NCBI RefSeq assembly: GCF_018977255.1
Contig: NW_024704742.1
Location: 46,998,001 to 47,062,000, forward strand
Source: Callorhinchus milii
Taxonomy: Eukaryota
Direction: 5' to 3'
DNA length: 64,000 nt
This document shows positions 28,172-41,585 of this stretch, one piece after another. The notes below the pieces were generated by a model. It was given only the letters and a program-made list of their open reading frames with translations, did not search any database and was not told where the DNA came from. Each line of letters begins with the position of its first letter. Position 1 is the stretch's first letter. The translations under genes and the position numbers were made by a program.

Positions 28172-28196
28172 NNNNNNNNNNNNNNNNNNNNNNNNN
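28172..28196. other. Assembly gap (25 N)
   Basis: Run of 25 N about 50 bp after the end of a G-rich low-complexity tract. A further single N is at 57093. Confidence 1.
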
Positions 28197-29892
28197 ATTT
28201 CACTGCCATCTCGCATATTGTCGATGTAATGGACCACCAGTTGTGCATTGTAGTTGTCAACTGAGTACGTGACAATGCGAGTGAAGACCTGCTTTATACA
28301 GAAGCATCTTATGAATACATGATAACTCGTCACTCCAATGGAAAAGGGCTCAGTGACGGGTTATCCTGATTGCGAGTTTGGTATATGTATAAATACATAA
28401 ATAAATGTGGCTGGGGTTTTGACATTATGATGACTTAAGTGGGAGTGACAAATTAAGCCAGTGTTGAATTATCAGGAGTTTACAATATTCCTTCTACTGC
28501 TACAGTGCAAAGGAATAAAAATTCAAAGGCATAGTTTTGTTGAGATTAATTTCTCTCAGAGAATATTTATAGACACTCATAGTGAAGGGATTACAAAACC
28601 TCATAGATATTCACTTTCTGTATCCCTAAATGGTCTTAACAAATTCCACTTTTGTTTTCCATTTCAGCTCCCCAATTAGTTCTCCCTGAGCTTTTTTCAT
28701 AATGCCAAAGTTTTTTTTCCTGAAGCAACGCAGTTTTAATTTATCATATTTAACCTCTATTGAAATATCAAATCAAACCATACAGTGTTAGGAACTGTGC
28801 ATAGTCATAAGAACTTCACAACATGACAAGGTTTCACACTCCTCTGAGCCACATTTCATTAAAAAGGGAAAGCAATACTATCTAACTATAAAGCACTACT
28901 ATTATATCAAAGAAACACTTAACTTAAGATGAAGGGAAAGGGTATGTTGAGAGGAAGTAGTTTCTGTCTAACAAGTCAACTATAGATAGTAACAGACATT
29001 GGAAAAAGTGTTTGTTGGAGCAGTATAAATCTTGCAAATTTAGGTGGTATCTTGTGAAGAAGCACTGAAATGCTGTGCTCAATGATTGCCAACAGTAGAG
29101 TCATCTTGCGATTGCTGGTTGCTCAGAATTTTTGAGTCAGCCATTTGCCTAACCACTAAGTCAGGGCCGTCATCCTTGCAGCCAATCAGAAATATTTAGA
29201 TCACAATTTTTACCTATTTGATTATCACAGTTTGCATTTTCATCCACATGTTTCTGTGCAACAATTGCTGTCTGATACTGTAAAACAATGACCACTGGGA
29301 GCTGAGATGGGGACCCAAGACTCCATTATAGTATTAGACATTTTTGTCCTGCAAAGATATAGAAATGGGAGAAGCCAGGGGTTATGTGCATAGATTTGTT
29401 TTTCTCTTTTAAAAAGCGGATAGATTTAATATTTTCTTTCTAACATTTTGATTCATATTAATGTTTGTTGGCTCTGTGTGGTGCATGCATGATAGATTGA
29501 GGTTGATAATGGTTGATAAATGATGGGGAGTTGGGGAGTTGATCAATGTGATCAGGATCAGTCATCCAATAATTATGATGGTTGTTAGTAACTAAAATTA
29601 AAATATTCAAAAGAATTAGATCATTTAGGTTGGATTTTTGATTTTGCAAATAAAACATAATTTCCACTTTTAAGTGTCTTTCAAGTAATATATTGTTATA
29701 TTATTATATCTTATTATTTTTATATAAGTAAGACAATGTCTCAAAGCGATTTACAGAAAACAGATGTGGGTTTGAACTACAGTATTTTTATCCTAATATT
29801 ATTATTAATATTATTAATTGTTGCATTTGATATAGCACCTTTCAGGAGGATGTCTCAAAGCGCTCATACCAGAAGGATACCTCAAAACACTT

Positions 29893-30200
29893 CAGGGCGA
29901 AACTTTGGGCAAGTTTCCTTACTCCACACGCCTCTATTTACCTAGCAGTAAGTAGTAACCCAGTTGTTAGTCGATTGGCGGATCACTTTCTGGGGGTAAT
30001 AATTCCTTCCACAAACAAATTGATCACTTCAATCCACAACCGTTTGTGGGATGCTGCTGTGTGCAATTGGCTGCTGCGTGTCGCCCACAAAATATACAGT
30101 CAATTTACTTTAAAGTATATTCTGTGAAGCATTTTGAGTCGACTCAAAGACGTAATAAGGCGCTATATCAAATGCAAGGATTATTATTATATTATTATAC
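29893..30200 (+). mobile_element. Major SINE, long form, 5'-truncated
   Basis: Contains the internal block GCCTCTATTTACCTAGCAGTAAG...GTCGATTGGCGGATCAC. Confidence 0.85.
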
Positions 30201-31659
30201 TATATATTATAGGATATACTCTAAGGAGTTGTGACTGTATTTTTTGGACTGTCTTTTGAAAGCCGTCTTTGTATAAATCTCCTGTGGCCCAGTGCAATAA
30301 CTATGTTATTTCACAGGCTAGAACACATTCTATGTTCATTTGTTTTGCAGTATTTTGAATTTTAATTATGATATTGTGATTCTGTACTATTTGCTGTCCT
30401 ACTTCTTTTTAGCCTGCAAAAGTACCTTTTGGTTATATTGCATAAATATAATTTGGAAAATAAATAATAAAACTGATTGAGTGAAATCTTGGATCTTGGA
30501 TAAAATTCTGATAAAATTAGCATTCTGCAATGCACCACATTTTGTTTCAAACCAAGAACCTTTTTGTTTTCATTTACATTAAAGAATTGAGAAGACGATC
30601 TGTTGTACACACCAAACCACTAATGCAGTTTGCAAAGAAGTCAATGCAGATGTCAGTGTTGATGGGGTTTATTTCTGCCAAGTTTGTACTCAGGCTCCAA
30701 GATTTGGAATCCAGATTAATGAATGCATAAGCCATTATTACAGGTTACGGTAAAAGAGGTTAAGCTTAAAGCATTAGTTCTTGACATTCAGGAGGTAATC
30801 AATCCCAGTGCAATATTGCAAATTCATATTTGGACAAGTGATGCTGAAACAGCCAATTTGTGCGGTCATGTGCACGAAAAGGCAAAGATATTTTCATGAA
30901 ATAATATATTGGTATTAGCAAGCTTTTAAATTGAAACACACACTCAGTAAGAGTTCTAAAGCCAAATTAGAGAGATGCCAGATTTCTTCATCCCAGCTTT
31001 CATCATGAATGAATTTTCTTGCATTAATCCAAAGCTATCACAGAAACATTGTTCCAAAATTATTTACAGTGGCTTACACTGAAAATTCCCCTGTAATGTG
31101 CTTAAAATAAAAGTGACATTAACCATTAATGTAACGTAAGAGCTCCATTATGGCAGCTTCACTGTTTGAAAGTCTCCTTGTTCAGGGACATTAGAGAAGT
31201 CGGTTTAATTTATTCCCCAAATCATAATTCTTGAATAGAGTGTGCTATGGATATATTACTGCTCCACTTCTTACGTACTTTTGGAAAACTTTTGCATAGC
31301 ATAGCAACATGCACAATGTAATTATAACAGGAACAATATGGATTAATTTAATGCAGAGAATGAAGCAAAATTTAAATAAACGATACCAAAGCTCAAATAT
31401 ATTTATTGGTTACAGAAATATTTAATAATATGTTTTACTCAGCAATATGAAGCAGAAAATAATGATAAAATAAAAAAGTTCTCTCTCTGAGGACAGGGAT
31501 TTTTGGAGTTCTACGCGAGTCTGGTGTGTGTACACACATGAATAGTTCGCACTATTCATAAATGACTTGGACAACACTTGTCAGTTATAGCTTTTGCAGA
31601 TGGTACCAACCTATATCTTCAGATAATTAAAATAAGGGGGATAAACATTTTTTACGAAA

Positions 31660-31950
31660 ATCTTTGCTGTGTGCAAAATTGGCTGCGCATTTCCCTTTGA
31701 ATACAGTAACTGCACTTCACAGTAAAACCCTGTGAATAATAATAATTCACAGTAAAACCCTGTGAATAATAATAATTCGCCCACAAATATATGGTCAATT
31801 CACTTTACAATATATTCTGTGAAGCACTTTGACACGTCTAGAAGACGTGGAAAGCGCTATATCAAATGCAAGTATTATTATATTATAAGCGCATTGAGCT
31901 ATCTCGATGATGTGATAAGGTGCTATATCAAATGCAAGGGTTATTATTAC
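31660..31950 (+). mobile_element. Compound SINE 3' fragments with an internal 30-bp duplication
   Basis: Family body fragments and two tandem tails. Confidence 0.75.
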
Positions 31951-32173
31951 TCTATTTTCTTAGCATTTTAGAGCCACAATACTTTGTCAAATTCTTAAAT
32001 ACAGCCTTAATTTTGAAGCTCTGATTTCTGTACTCTTATTGAAGGAGTACAGAAACCAAAATGCTTCAAAGTTGGCAATTTCTTCAAAGAATTCAACAAT
32101 TTGCCAAATTCTGGATGCTTTGAAATACTGCATAAACAGAGTAAATCAAGACCCAGGTGGAATTTATAAGCCA

Positions 32174-32403
32174 TAATAATAATAATACTTGCATTTGATA
32201 TAGCTCCTTATCACGTCAGAATATACTGTAAAGTAAAATGGCTGTATATTTTGTATATAGCAGCCAATTGTGCAAAGCAGTATCCCGCAAACAGTCATGG
32301 ATTGAGTGATCAAATTTTTTTTATTTTTGAAGGGATTATGATCCCTGGAAAGCGATCCGCCAATCGACTAACAATCAGGTTCCTATTTACTGCTAGGTAA
32401 ACC
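32174..32403 (-). mobile_element. Major SINE, long form, partial
   Basis: Reverse-complement tail, body and internal block. Confidence 0.8.
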
Positions 32404-32965
32404 GAAAGGGAAAAAAAGTAAGTAAAAAAGCCATAGAGTGAACACAGGATCGGGATAGGATCTGATGCTTCACACAGTATCCACTTGTATAAAGAATGGC
32501 CACTTGTCCCTGGAACAGCGCCCTAAGTCATCAATCACTGTCTTCAGGAGAGAGAAGCATGTGTTGAAATTCACACATTCCTTAAAAGCCAACTCCCTAC
32601 CATTTAGAAAGGCTTTCCCTGCTTACACACTTCCCACTGAAGCAATTGCAATCTTCAGCAAATGCTTACAGCATAGCTGTTAGTCATTTTCTTTTGATAG
32701 AAGTTTGAACCGAGGTTTGTAGAGATGAAAGAGAGTGAAGCTCATTATTATAATTTGTTGCTATTTTGCGAGCCTTATTAGTGTGAATTAGCATTTCAAA
32801 TTGAGTTTACCATTATTAACCTATTGCACATTATCGTTTCCAATCATGTCTACATGAAAAGAGCTGTATGCTTTTATTTTGACATAAATTGAATGCACCC
32901 GTGTTCTTCATGGTTGTAGGATTTTAAAATGCTTTTTTAAAAAAAACATAAAAATACCAGTAATT

Positions 32966-33339
32966 ATAGTAATAATAATCCTTGCATTTGATATAGCTCT
33001 TTATCATATCTTTGAGACATCTGAGGGCTTCCCAGAATACACTGTAAAGTGAATTGACTGTATATTTTATTGGAGAAACGCGGCAGCTAATTGCGCACAG
33101 CAGTGTCTTCCAGACAGTCGTGGATTGAAGTGACCAATTTATTATTGTTTTTTGAAGGAATTATTACTCCCGGAAAAACAATCTGTCAATCGACTGACAA
33201 ACGGGTTCCTACTTACTGCTAGGTAAACAGAGGCATGTTGGGTAAGGAAACTTGCCCAACATTTCGCCCTGCCAGGAATCAAACCCAGATCTTTTGCTTG
33301 TGAGGCGAGTGCTCTAACCACTGAGCTACAGGACTCCAC
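32966..33339 (-). mobile_element. Major SINE, full length, long form
   Basis: tRNA head, internal block, body and tail. Confidence 0.9.
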
Positions 33340-33685
33340 TTAGTGAATAATAATAATAATAATCCTTGCATTTGAATATCTCCCTACTGCAGCCAGTCAA
33401 GCCGCTTTCCCAGAGGCTGAAGAGATAGACTCAAAATTGAGCAAACGTTTGAAATGTGTCATGGGAAACATAGTCAGGCCACAGATATATGCAGGAGCAT
33501 AAGAGCACTGAACAGCTTCCAGGACATTTTAAAATTTTACATTTTACAAGTTTTTTTTTCCTAAGCAGCATATTTAGTAGATCGCTAACCGCAGAAGAAT
33601 CACAGTATAATAGTACTACTGTACCAGGGATAATCTTTAAAATGATGCATGCAGCTCCCTTAAAGAAAAATACTTGCAAAATATA

Positions 33686-33767
33686 GAGGTGAAATTTGTG
33701 GGTATTTCATAGCTCATTCCTTTCTTGTCATGAAGAATGTGTTTTGAAATATCACAAATTTCACCCC
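33686..33767. mobile_element. ~80-bp palindromic MITE-like element
   Basis: GAGGTGAAATTTGTG...CACAAATTTCACCCC with flanks ATA/GTA. Confidence 0.7.
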
Positions 33768-33793
33768 GTATTTGTGTGATGATTTACATGTAA

Positions 33794-34097
33794 CAATAAT
33801 AATAATCCTTGCATTTGATGTAGAGTTTTTCATGTCTTCTAGATGTCTCAAATGCATAGACTGTAAAGTGAATTGACCGAATATTTGTGGTCAAAATGTG
33901 GCAGCCAATTGCGCACAGCAGTGTCCCACAAACAGTCATGGATTGAAAATGACCAATTTATTATTGTTTTGTTTTGGAGGGATTATTATTAGGCGTGTGG
34001 AGTAAGGAAACTTGCCCAAGATTTCACCCTGCCTGGAATTGAACCCAGGTGTCTCGCTTGCAAGGCGATTGCTCTAAACACTGAGCTACAAGGACTC
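33794..34097 (-). mobile_element. Major SINE, full length, short form
   Basis: tRNA head, body and tail; internal block absent. Confidence 0.9.
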
Positions 34098-35059
34098 TTC
34101 TTGTATCTAATATATAAATAAGACTTGCATTTGATATAGCGTCTTAATCAAAACATCTCAAAGCACTTCATAGTTTTTTTGCAAACTCTTGTGACTTGTG
34201 AGGGAAGGCAGAGAGGTGGGAGGACAACTGAAGGCACGATCGAAGAGGAAAGTCTTGAGACCGGCCTTGAAGGAGGCGAGGGAGGGAGCGGACAGGTTGG
34301 CAGGACTCTCTCAGCATGCATTAGAGTGTTAGCTGACAATGAGCACAAAGTGCCAACATGGAGATTGAACCCACAATCTTCTAAGTTAAAGGCGAGAGCG
34401 CTACTAACTGAACCAGGCTGACACCTGCCAATACAAAGCCTTATCATGTCCGAATGCTTCAAAGCACTTAACTCCACCAACAACTTGCATTTATTATAGT
34501 GCCCTTCATGCAGGTTAGTGTCTCACTTAATACTTAATACAGTAAAACCGTGTGAAAATTTATGGACCTCACCTACAGGGTAGATGAGGGCCATAAATTT
34601 TCACTTAGTCTTATAATGGGACGCGATCGCTGGTCACCACTTTTGCATATTAACATCCCTGATCATATAACCAGCAACATTATTGTACATGTACACAGGG
34701 GGCTGGCTGGCTGGCTTTTTGCTCACTAAAAAAAGGCTGACTTTACCAAGTTGCCGCCAACATCACTTCCTTCAACACACCCGTCTTACAAATGAACCTG
34801 AGTTACAACAAAGTCTGTTTGTAATGGGGTTCTACTGGAGAAAGAATTCCTTTGTTTTGGGTGAGGTAATTTTGGGGGTGCAAGGAATATTGTGTAGCTA
34901 ATGTATTCAGGAGCAAGAGAGTCAGAATACATGGCAAGGTATGTGCAAATATCAAGATTGTTGAAGTTCGTAGGCAATTGAGACACAATTATTAAGGATC
35001 AGATAGTTATTGGGATCTGAGACAACAGAATACGTAGTAAGCTTCTAAACCAGGAATAT

Positions 35060-35625
35060 TTGAATTGTAGACAGCATTACAGATAATAAATGTGGAAGAG
35101 ACATCCAAAACGCCAAACCATTGCTCAACCTAGGCGTCCAGTTTGACCCCCCCAACTGTCCTTCCTCCCCCACATCTGGTCCCTGACTAGACCCGCTTTC
35201 TTCCACCTCTGCCACATTGCCCCACCTCCAACCGTACCTTACCCCATATGCTGCCAAAACCCTTGTGCATGCGTTTGTCACCTTCTGCCTGGATTACTCC
35301 AACACACTTCTCGCCGGTCTCCCCAGCTCCACCAGTCACAAGATCCAGCTCATTCATAACTCTGCCGCCCACATACTGACCTGGACAAAACTCCACACCC
35401 ACATCTCACCAGTTCTGGCCAGACTTCAATGGCTCCCCAGCACAGAACGGATCGACTTCAAGTTCTTCACACTCGTGTTTAAATCCCTTCACCCTCTGGC
35501 ACCTCCCTATCTCTCCGACCTCTTCACTCCCCAATCAACCACCCAGCACATCCGCTAAACTGGCACCGGCCTCCTGCTCGTCCCTCGCACCCTGGAGGTC
35601 ATGCTTTCTGCCACTATGCCCCAAA
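35060..35625 (+). mobile_element. L2 fragment
   Basis: AKTLVHAFVTFCLDYSNTLLAGLP...LQWLP. Confidence 0.9.
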
Positions 35626-35639
35626 ATGCGCATGGAAGA

Positions 35640-36300
35640 CAAATCCAAAAGAGACTTGTGAGAAATGTGGATTAGAATATTCCTTCAGGTGATGCCAGCA
35701 GAAGGGAAAGAAAATTATATTTGTAATAAATTTGGGCACTATGCAAGGAAATGTAGAAATAGGCAACAAGAAACTGAGAAGAACTGTGATAGCAGAACAA
35801 AAGAGAGTTCAAAGGAGAAAAGGATGCCAGGCAGAAATGAAAACAAAAGGACAAACTGACTGCAGAGAACCAGGATAGAGCAAGTCAGATCAAGGTGCAG
35901 CAAAATGATACACAACTCGGATATGGAATCCAGCCGTTGTGAAAAGGAAGACGGGTACATTATTGATGCGATGGTACTTAGAAAGAGAGGGAATGCAGAA
36001 GAAGAGGATGATGATGATGATGATGACAAAAAAAATCAGACTGAGTCTGTGAAGAAACCATCCAGAGGCAGGAAGCCAGTGAGTGAGATGAAAAGTACAA
36101 AACCTCGAGGGAGAAGACCGAGGGCTGAGAGGTTACCTTATGTCTCTAGCAATAAGAGCAGCTACAGTGGCAGCGATGGAGAAAATTAGATCAGTGACTG
36201 GAAGAAATCTGACAAGGAATGGAAAAGGGAGCTGGAGGAATGAAACAAGAAGAAAGAGCTGAGGGAAAAGGAATCGAGGCAGAATGAGAAAAGGAAAAGG
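35640..36300 (+). mobile_element. Degenerate gag/ORF1-like retroelement remnant
   Basis: A zinc-knuckle-like YICNKFGHYARKC (first Cys lost) followed by charged low-complexity coding remnants. Confidence 0.45.
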
Positions 36301-36301
36301 A

Positions 36302-36813
36302 GCAACAACAACAACAAAATTACATTTGTAAAGCACCTTTCACGTCGGGAGGACATCCCAAAGCGCTGAACAGGGATCAGGACCTGAGCATGGTGGGGCA
36401 ACATTGGTATGAGGGAGAGCAGAGAGCCTTGAGGTGATGAATGCGTGTATGAGGGTTTCAGCGGCCTGAGGGGTGAGGCAGTGGCGGAGTCGGGCAATGT
36501 TGCGGAGGTGGAGGAAGGCAGAGTGGGTCATGGCATGGATATAGGGGAGAAAGAGAGTTGAGAGTCGAACAAGACGCCAAGGTTCCTGACTGGCTTGATG
36601 AGGTGGAATGTGCTTCCATGGATGGTGATGCTGTCAGTGCCTGAGGTGCAGAGGCACTGGCGCGAGCCAAACAGGACAACCTCGGTCTTGCTGACATTCA
36701 GCTGCAGAAAATTGGCTCTCATCCAGGACTTGATGTCTGACAGGCAGTCTGTCAGGACATCAGTTGTCCTGGAATCAAGGGTGGAGCCAGAAAGATAGAG
36801 TTGGGTGTCATCC
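36302..36813 (-). mobile_element. L2 fragment with internal deletion
   Basis: Motifs [19 protein letters not shown] and HLRNIARLR, joined directly to the tail. Confidence 0.9.
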
Positions 36814-37042
36814 AGAATTGGGTGTCGTTGAAGAACTTGGGTTAAGCATGAACACATGTATATCTGCAACAAGACATACACTGGAGCTGCATAAATATTG
36901 TTACTTGTGAGCCAGGTGTTACCCTTGTGAGATCTGTGTGTAAGTCATAGAATAGACATGCACAAGTTGACTCTCAGAAGTTTCTTTACCAGGTTTTTCT
37001 AGTTATACTGTAATGACAAAATACGCTTTCCTCCAATCAATG

Positions 37043-37349
37043 CAATAATCCTTGCATTTGATAGAGCACTTTTCATGTCTTCTAGACGTCTCAAAGCTCT
37101 TCACAGAATATACTGTAAAGTGAATTGACTGTATATTTGTGGGTGAAACGCGGCAGCCAATTGCGCACAGCAGTGTCCCACAAACAGTCGTGGATTGAAG
37201 TGACTAATTTATTATTATTTTTTTCTTGAGGGATTATTATCAGGCGTGTAGAGTAAGGAAACTTGCGCAAGGTTTCGTCCTGCCGGGAATCAAACCCAGG
37301 TCTCTCGCTTGCGAGGCGAGTGCTTTAACCACTGAGTTGTAGGACTCCA
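37043..37349 (-). mobile_element. Major SINE, full length, short form
   Basis: tRNA head, body and tail; internal block absent. Confidence 0.9.
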
Positions 37350-39039
37350 ATGTACTGTATTTCTTAGAATGAAAGGTTAAATTACTAGCTGTGCACCACT
37401 GAAACACTAATCCAACACGCAGACTTGTAAAATTCAGTCATTAATTTCAACACATCCTCAAATACACCGGCCACTTTGATATACTAAATAAGAGTAAAGC
37501 ACGTGGTGTTCCTGGGAAGATTTATCAATCAGGTTGGTGTAAGGAATGTTGTGTTCAGACCATGTCTATGTTAAGCAGAGGCTGACGAGATACCAGGGAA
37601 AATGGTGGAGGCTAGTATACTTGACTCATTTTAAAAAATGACTTGATGCTGTTATGGGGAGGCTGTAGGATGGTTATTCTGGACAAAAGGTATCTTCATC
37701 CAAACCTCTCTTGTAATATTGTCAACCACCTGAAAGATGCTAACTCTGAGAGCAGCTACAAGAAGGCAAAGAGCCAGTGGAACCCTGCCTATGCGTTTGT
37801 ATAGTGCCTTAGGACGTCCTCCCGACATGAAAGGCGCTATTCTAAATGTAATTTGTTGTTTGTTTTTGTTGTTGGGAGAGGCACTTTGAACAACTTAGTA
37901 TAACACTACTTATGTACATGTTTGCAATGCCCTCAGTCTGAGTATTGGACAAAATGTGGGTCCCATGTTAGTTATCACACACACAATTTGTTCATTGGAA
38001 CAAGTCCCCTGACCTGAGTAGAATGGTTTCTTTCATTGGTTTCTGGAGTTCAGTGATGGCTCTAGCTGTTTTGCTGGAATCGGCAGAGACCTGCTCCAAG
38101 GACAGTATGCGATGATCTAAACTTGAAGGAAAATAGCTAAATTGGATTGTCATGTTTACCACTGAATCTGTCACTCTTAAGAATGAAACTTGCTATATCA
38201 AGGCTAATGTAATCTTGAATACCAACCAGTGTTGCTGAGCTTAGTGGAACATTGCCATCTCATGACATTGCAATACTAACATGTTATGACATTGTGATGT
38301 CCTTTATCAACCTGTGCAGCTTGCAAAAGCATTGCAGCGAGCCATAGGGAGAGTTTATTTTGCTCCTACCATATATTCGTGGATAGGTGGGGAGGGAGAG
38401 GAGGTTAAGTATTATTCTGCTCTGTTCTATAAGTTTTCCAAATCCCATGGCACTATTTGAAAAGAGAAGAAAGTTTTATCCAGGTGTCCTAGCCAACAAT
38501 CCACCACATTAATTGATCATTCTCTTGATGGGTGTTTGTGGCATCTTGCTAGTGCAAATGGTTGCCATGTTTGCCTTCGAAAACTGTCACTACACAGGAA
38601 TTAATTCATTCATTTTGAGATGTTTTGACCTGGTGAAGTCCTATAAAAATGAAAGTTCTTTCTCCTTCACTCAGCTGGGAGAACAGTTGGGAATGTTACA
38701 ATTGGTTCTTAATGTCCCCAGAAGTAGGAAAGGGAAATTCAGGGTTCCAGCTCCTGATTGCTTGGTGAAGGAGGAGGAGGAGGAGGAAGCAGGGAAGGTA
38801 CATCATTAGTGGTAGAAAACTAACCTCTCGTGACAGTCTAACCAGCTAACGTTCCCTATTAATAGGTGAACAATCCAACACTTGGTGAATTCTGTTTCAC
38901 ATTGATAGGAAGAGACATTGATGGATCTTGCATTTATTTAAAGCCTTTCCTGTCGCTTTTGCTGAAATTCTTGTTTTTCCATTTTAAGCTTTTGCCTTAT
39001 TTCCTCTTTGGAACTCCATCTCACAACCCCTTCATCTTG

Positions 39040-39241
39040 CTGCCTCTCTTGCTTCCTTCAAGGCATGACTCAAGACCCTCCTTTTCATCCGTGCCTTCAG
39101 CCTCCCTACTTCCTCTCTGCCCTCCCTCATCCCAACGCTGCCCCACTCGCTTGGGTCCTGAACCCCGAGAGTTCAGTGCCTTGGGATGTCCTCCCGACAT
39201 GAAAGGCACTTTACAAATGTAATTTTGTTGTTGTTGTTGTT
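39040..39241 (+). mobile_element. L2 3' fragment
   Basis: Same tail as the 53222 copy. Confidence 0.8.
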
Positions 39242-39870
39242 CAAGAATAGATTTTATTCCTTTTTGCATTACTTCTTGGAACAGGTATCTGATGTGGGTG
39301 TATTTTGTGCTGCCAGTATATCAGCAGCATTTTAATGCAAGCCACTTAAATTGCGAGATACACGTACCAAACCTTCTGTATTTAACAGCACTAACACAAT
39401 GTTCCACTTCACTTTGAGTCTTCACAGGAGTTAAATTATCCTATCACTGATTTTTGAAAAAACAGAGCCGTATGCATTATGTATTCTGCCTTTGCAGAAT
39501 TATATATGTATGTTCTCAGTTACCCTACAGACCTGTTCAATGCAGACATTCTCGACTGTTGACTTCAGAAGATGTAGCTGTTTGGAAGTCATTGCATAGC
39601 TATATTTGTTTTGTGTGGCCAAGACGTGGGTAGTCGCAAAGTATTTTTCTGGCAACAAAAGCTGATACAATCTCCAATTTAGATATGTCTAAATATTTCT
39701 CAGGATTTACACAGTAATTTTATAAACACAAAGGTGCTTTGTGTGTTGCGAAGATTGTTCCCTTGGGTATCCAGACTGAATACTTTGGTTCTTTGGAAAT
39801 GTGCCTAATAGTACAATCAACGTCATAGTTTTTTAAGTCAAAAGTATATTTACTAACTTTGGGTCCACGT

Positions 39871-40251
39871 ATAATAATAAAAACAATCATCCTTGCATTT
39901 GATATAGTGCCTTATCACATCTTCAATACATCTCAAATCACTTCACAGTATATATTGTAAAGTGAATTGACTGTATATTTTGTGGGCAAAATGCAGCAGC
40001 CAATTGCGCACAGCAGTGTCCCCAAATAGTCGTGGATTGAGTGACCAAATTATTATTATAATTATTTTGAAGGCATTATTACAGAAAAGCAATCTTCCAA
40101 CCAACTAGCAACCAGGTTCCTACTTCCTGCTAAGTAAATAGAGGAGTGGAGAGTAAGAAAATTTGCCTAACGTTTCGCCCTGCCTGGGAATCAAACCCAG
40201 GACCTTTCGCTTGGAGGCGAGTGCTTTAATCACTAAGCCACAGGATTCCAC
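39871..40251 (-). mobile_element. Major SINE, full length, long form
   Basis: tRNA head, internal block, body and tail. Confidence 0.9.
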
Positions 40252-40556
40252 TAAGACTGAAGAATGCTTTAATTCCTAAGAAATATTCAATTTTGCAATT
40301 AACCTGGTGAACTACTGTCACCTCAACAAATATATGAAGTACCAGTCACCCAATCACTCCTGGTTGAGGAGAGAGGCATAGTCCTAAGACATCCCAGATG
40401 TATGAAGAGGGAGAGAGAGAGAGAGAGAGAGAGGTGTGGTAAATTAGGATTGAAAGTGTAAAGGAAATTAGAAGATGGCGAGACATGCTAATTTCTGCCT
40501 GGGTTACATAGGAAACAGTTGATGCTCTTAAAGATGGCACTGAGCCTGTTCAGTTT

Positions 40557-40654
40557 TAATAATAATAATCCTTGCATTTGATATAGCGCTTTTCACGTCG
40601 GGAGGACGTCCCAAAGCGCTTCACAGAACACACTGTAAAGTGAATTGACTGTAC
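40557..40654 (-). mobile_element. Major SINE, tail-only young insertion
   Basis: Essentially identical to the tail of the 56907 copy. Confidence 0.85.
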
Positions 40655-40802
40655 TATGTACATGGATAATAGAAATTCTCATTAGAAACACAAACCATTA
40701 AAGTCTGATAAATATACTGTTACACAGAGAATCAAATCCTCATGGGGGAAAAGGGCATGAGTGGTGGTGCTATAACACAGGACTGTTAAGATGAAAAGCA
40801 CA

Positions 40803-40888
40803 GGGGTGAAAAATGGGACATTTCATAACAGATTAGATAATTATCAAACCATTATCAAATCTGTTATCAAACATTGCAATATGACCCC
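40803..40888. mobile_element. ~80-bp palindromic MITE-like element
   Basis: GGGGTGAAAAAT...ATAACAGATT/AATCTGTTAT...ATGACCCC with TSD ACA/ACA. Confidence 0.65.
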
Positions 40889-41280
40889 ACAAATGGTTAC
40901 AGGAATTGTCTTATTAATGATTTCTCAGCAACAAGAAAAAAGCAGTTGGTCCTAATGGTCAGAGTGTAAAATCTTCCAATATATTCATTCCTATCTGTTT
41001 GCTCCATAGTTTCTCCTTTCTCAATTGCTGTTTGATGTGGTTCTTTAACTAGATCCATTTTCCTTTCCCCTCCTATCCATAAATTTAGTTTGACTTCTCA
41101 TCTTTCTGTAGTTTATTTTTTACCTTTTCTGTCTTCATATAACATTTTATATCAATAATTTTAATGTTTGCTATAAATTGGATTTGGAGCAGGTACCAAT
41201 TGGGCAGCATCACTGCTCTAGTGATCACCTGGAACAGAAGGTTGGTCTAGGAGTTATATGATTTGTAGTATAAATAATAT

Positions 41281-41585
41281 TAATAATAATCCTTGCATTT
41301 GATATAATAATAATAATAATCCTTGCATTTGATATAGCGCTTTTCACGTCGGGAGGACGTCCCAAAGCGCTTCACAGAAGACACTGTAAAGTGAATTGAC
41401 TGCATATTTGTGGCCAGAACGTGGCAGCCAATTGCAGCCATCAGTCGTGGATTGAAGTGACCGATTTATTATTTTTTTAAAAGAAATTATTACCCCTAGA
41501 AAGTGAGCTGCCAATAGAATAACAACTCGGTTCCAACCCAGTTCGAATAACAACCCTGTCACCCAACAGAGGTGTGTGGAGTAAG
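41281..41585 (-). mobile_element. Major SINE, long form, with duplicated tail end
   Basis: AATAATCCTTGCATTTGATATA occurs twice in tandem at the 3' end. Confidence 0.85.

Noticed and set aside
28318..28370. SECIS-like or box C/D-like motifs (ATGA...AAAA...CTGA)
   Set aside because: The spacing does not fit the SECIS quartet, it is too short for a snoRNA, and it is not in a known 3' UTR.
32025..32055. 11-bp inverted repeat
   Set aside because: Short enough to occur by chance in 64 kb of AT-rich DNA.
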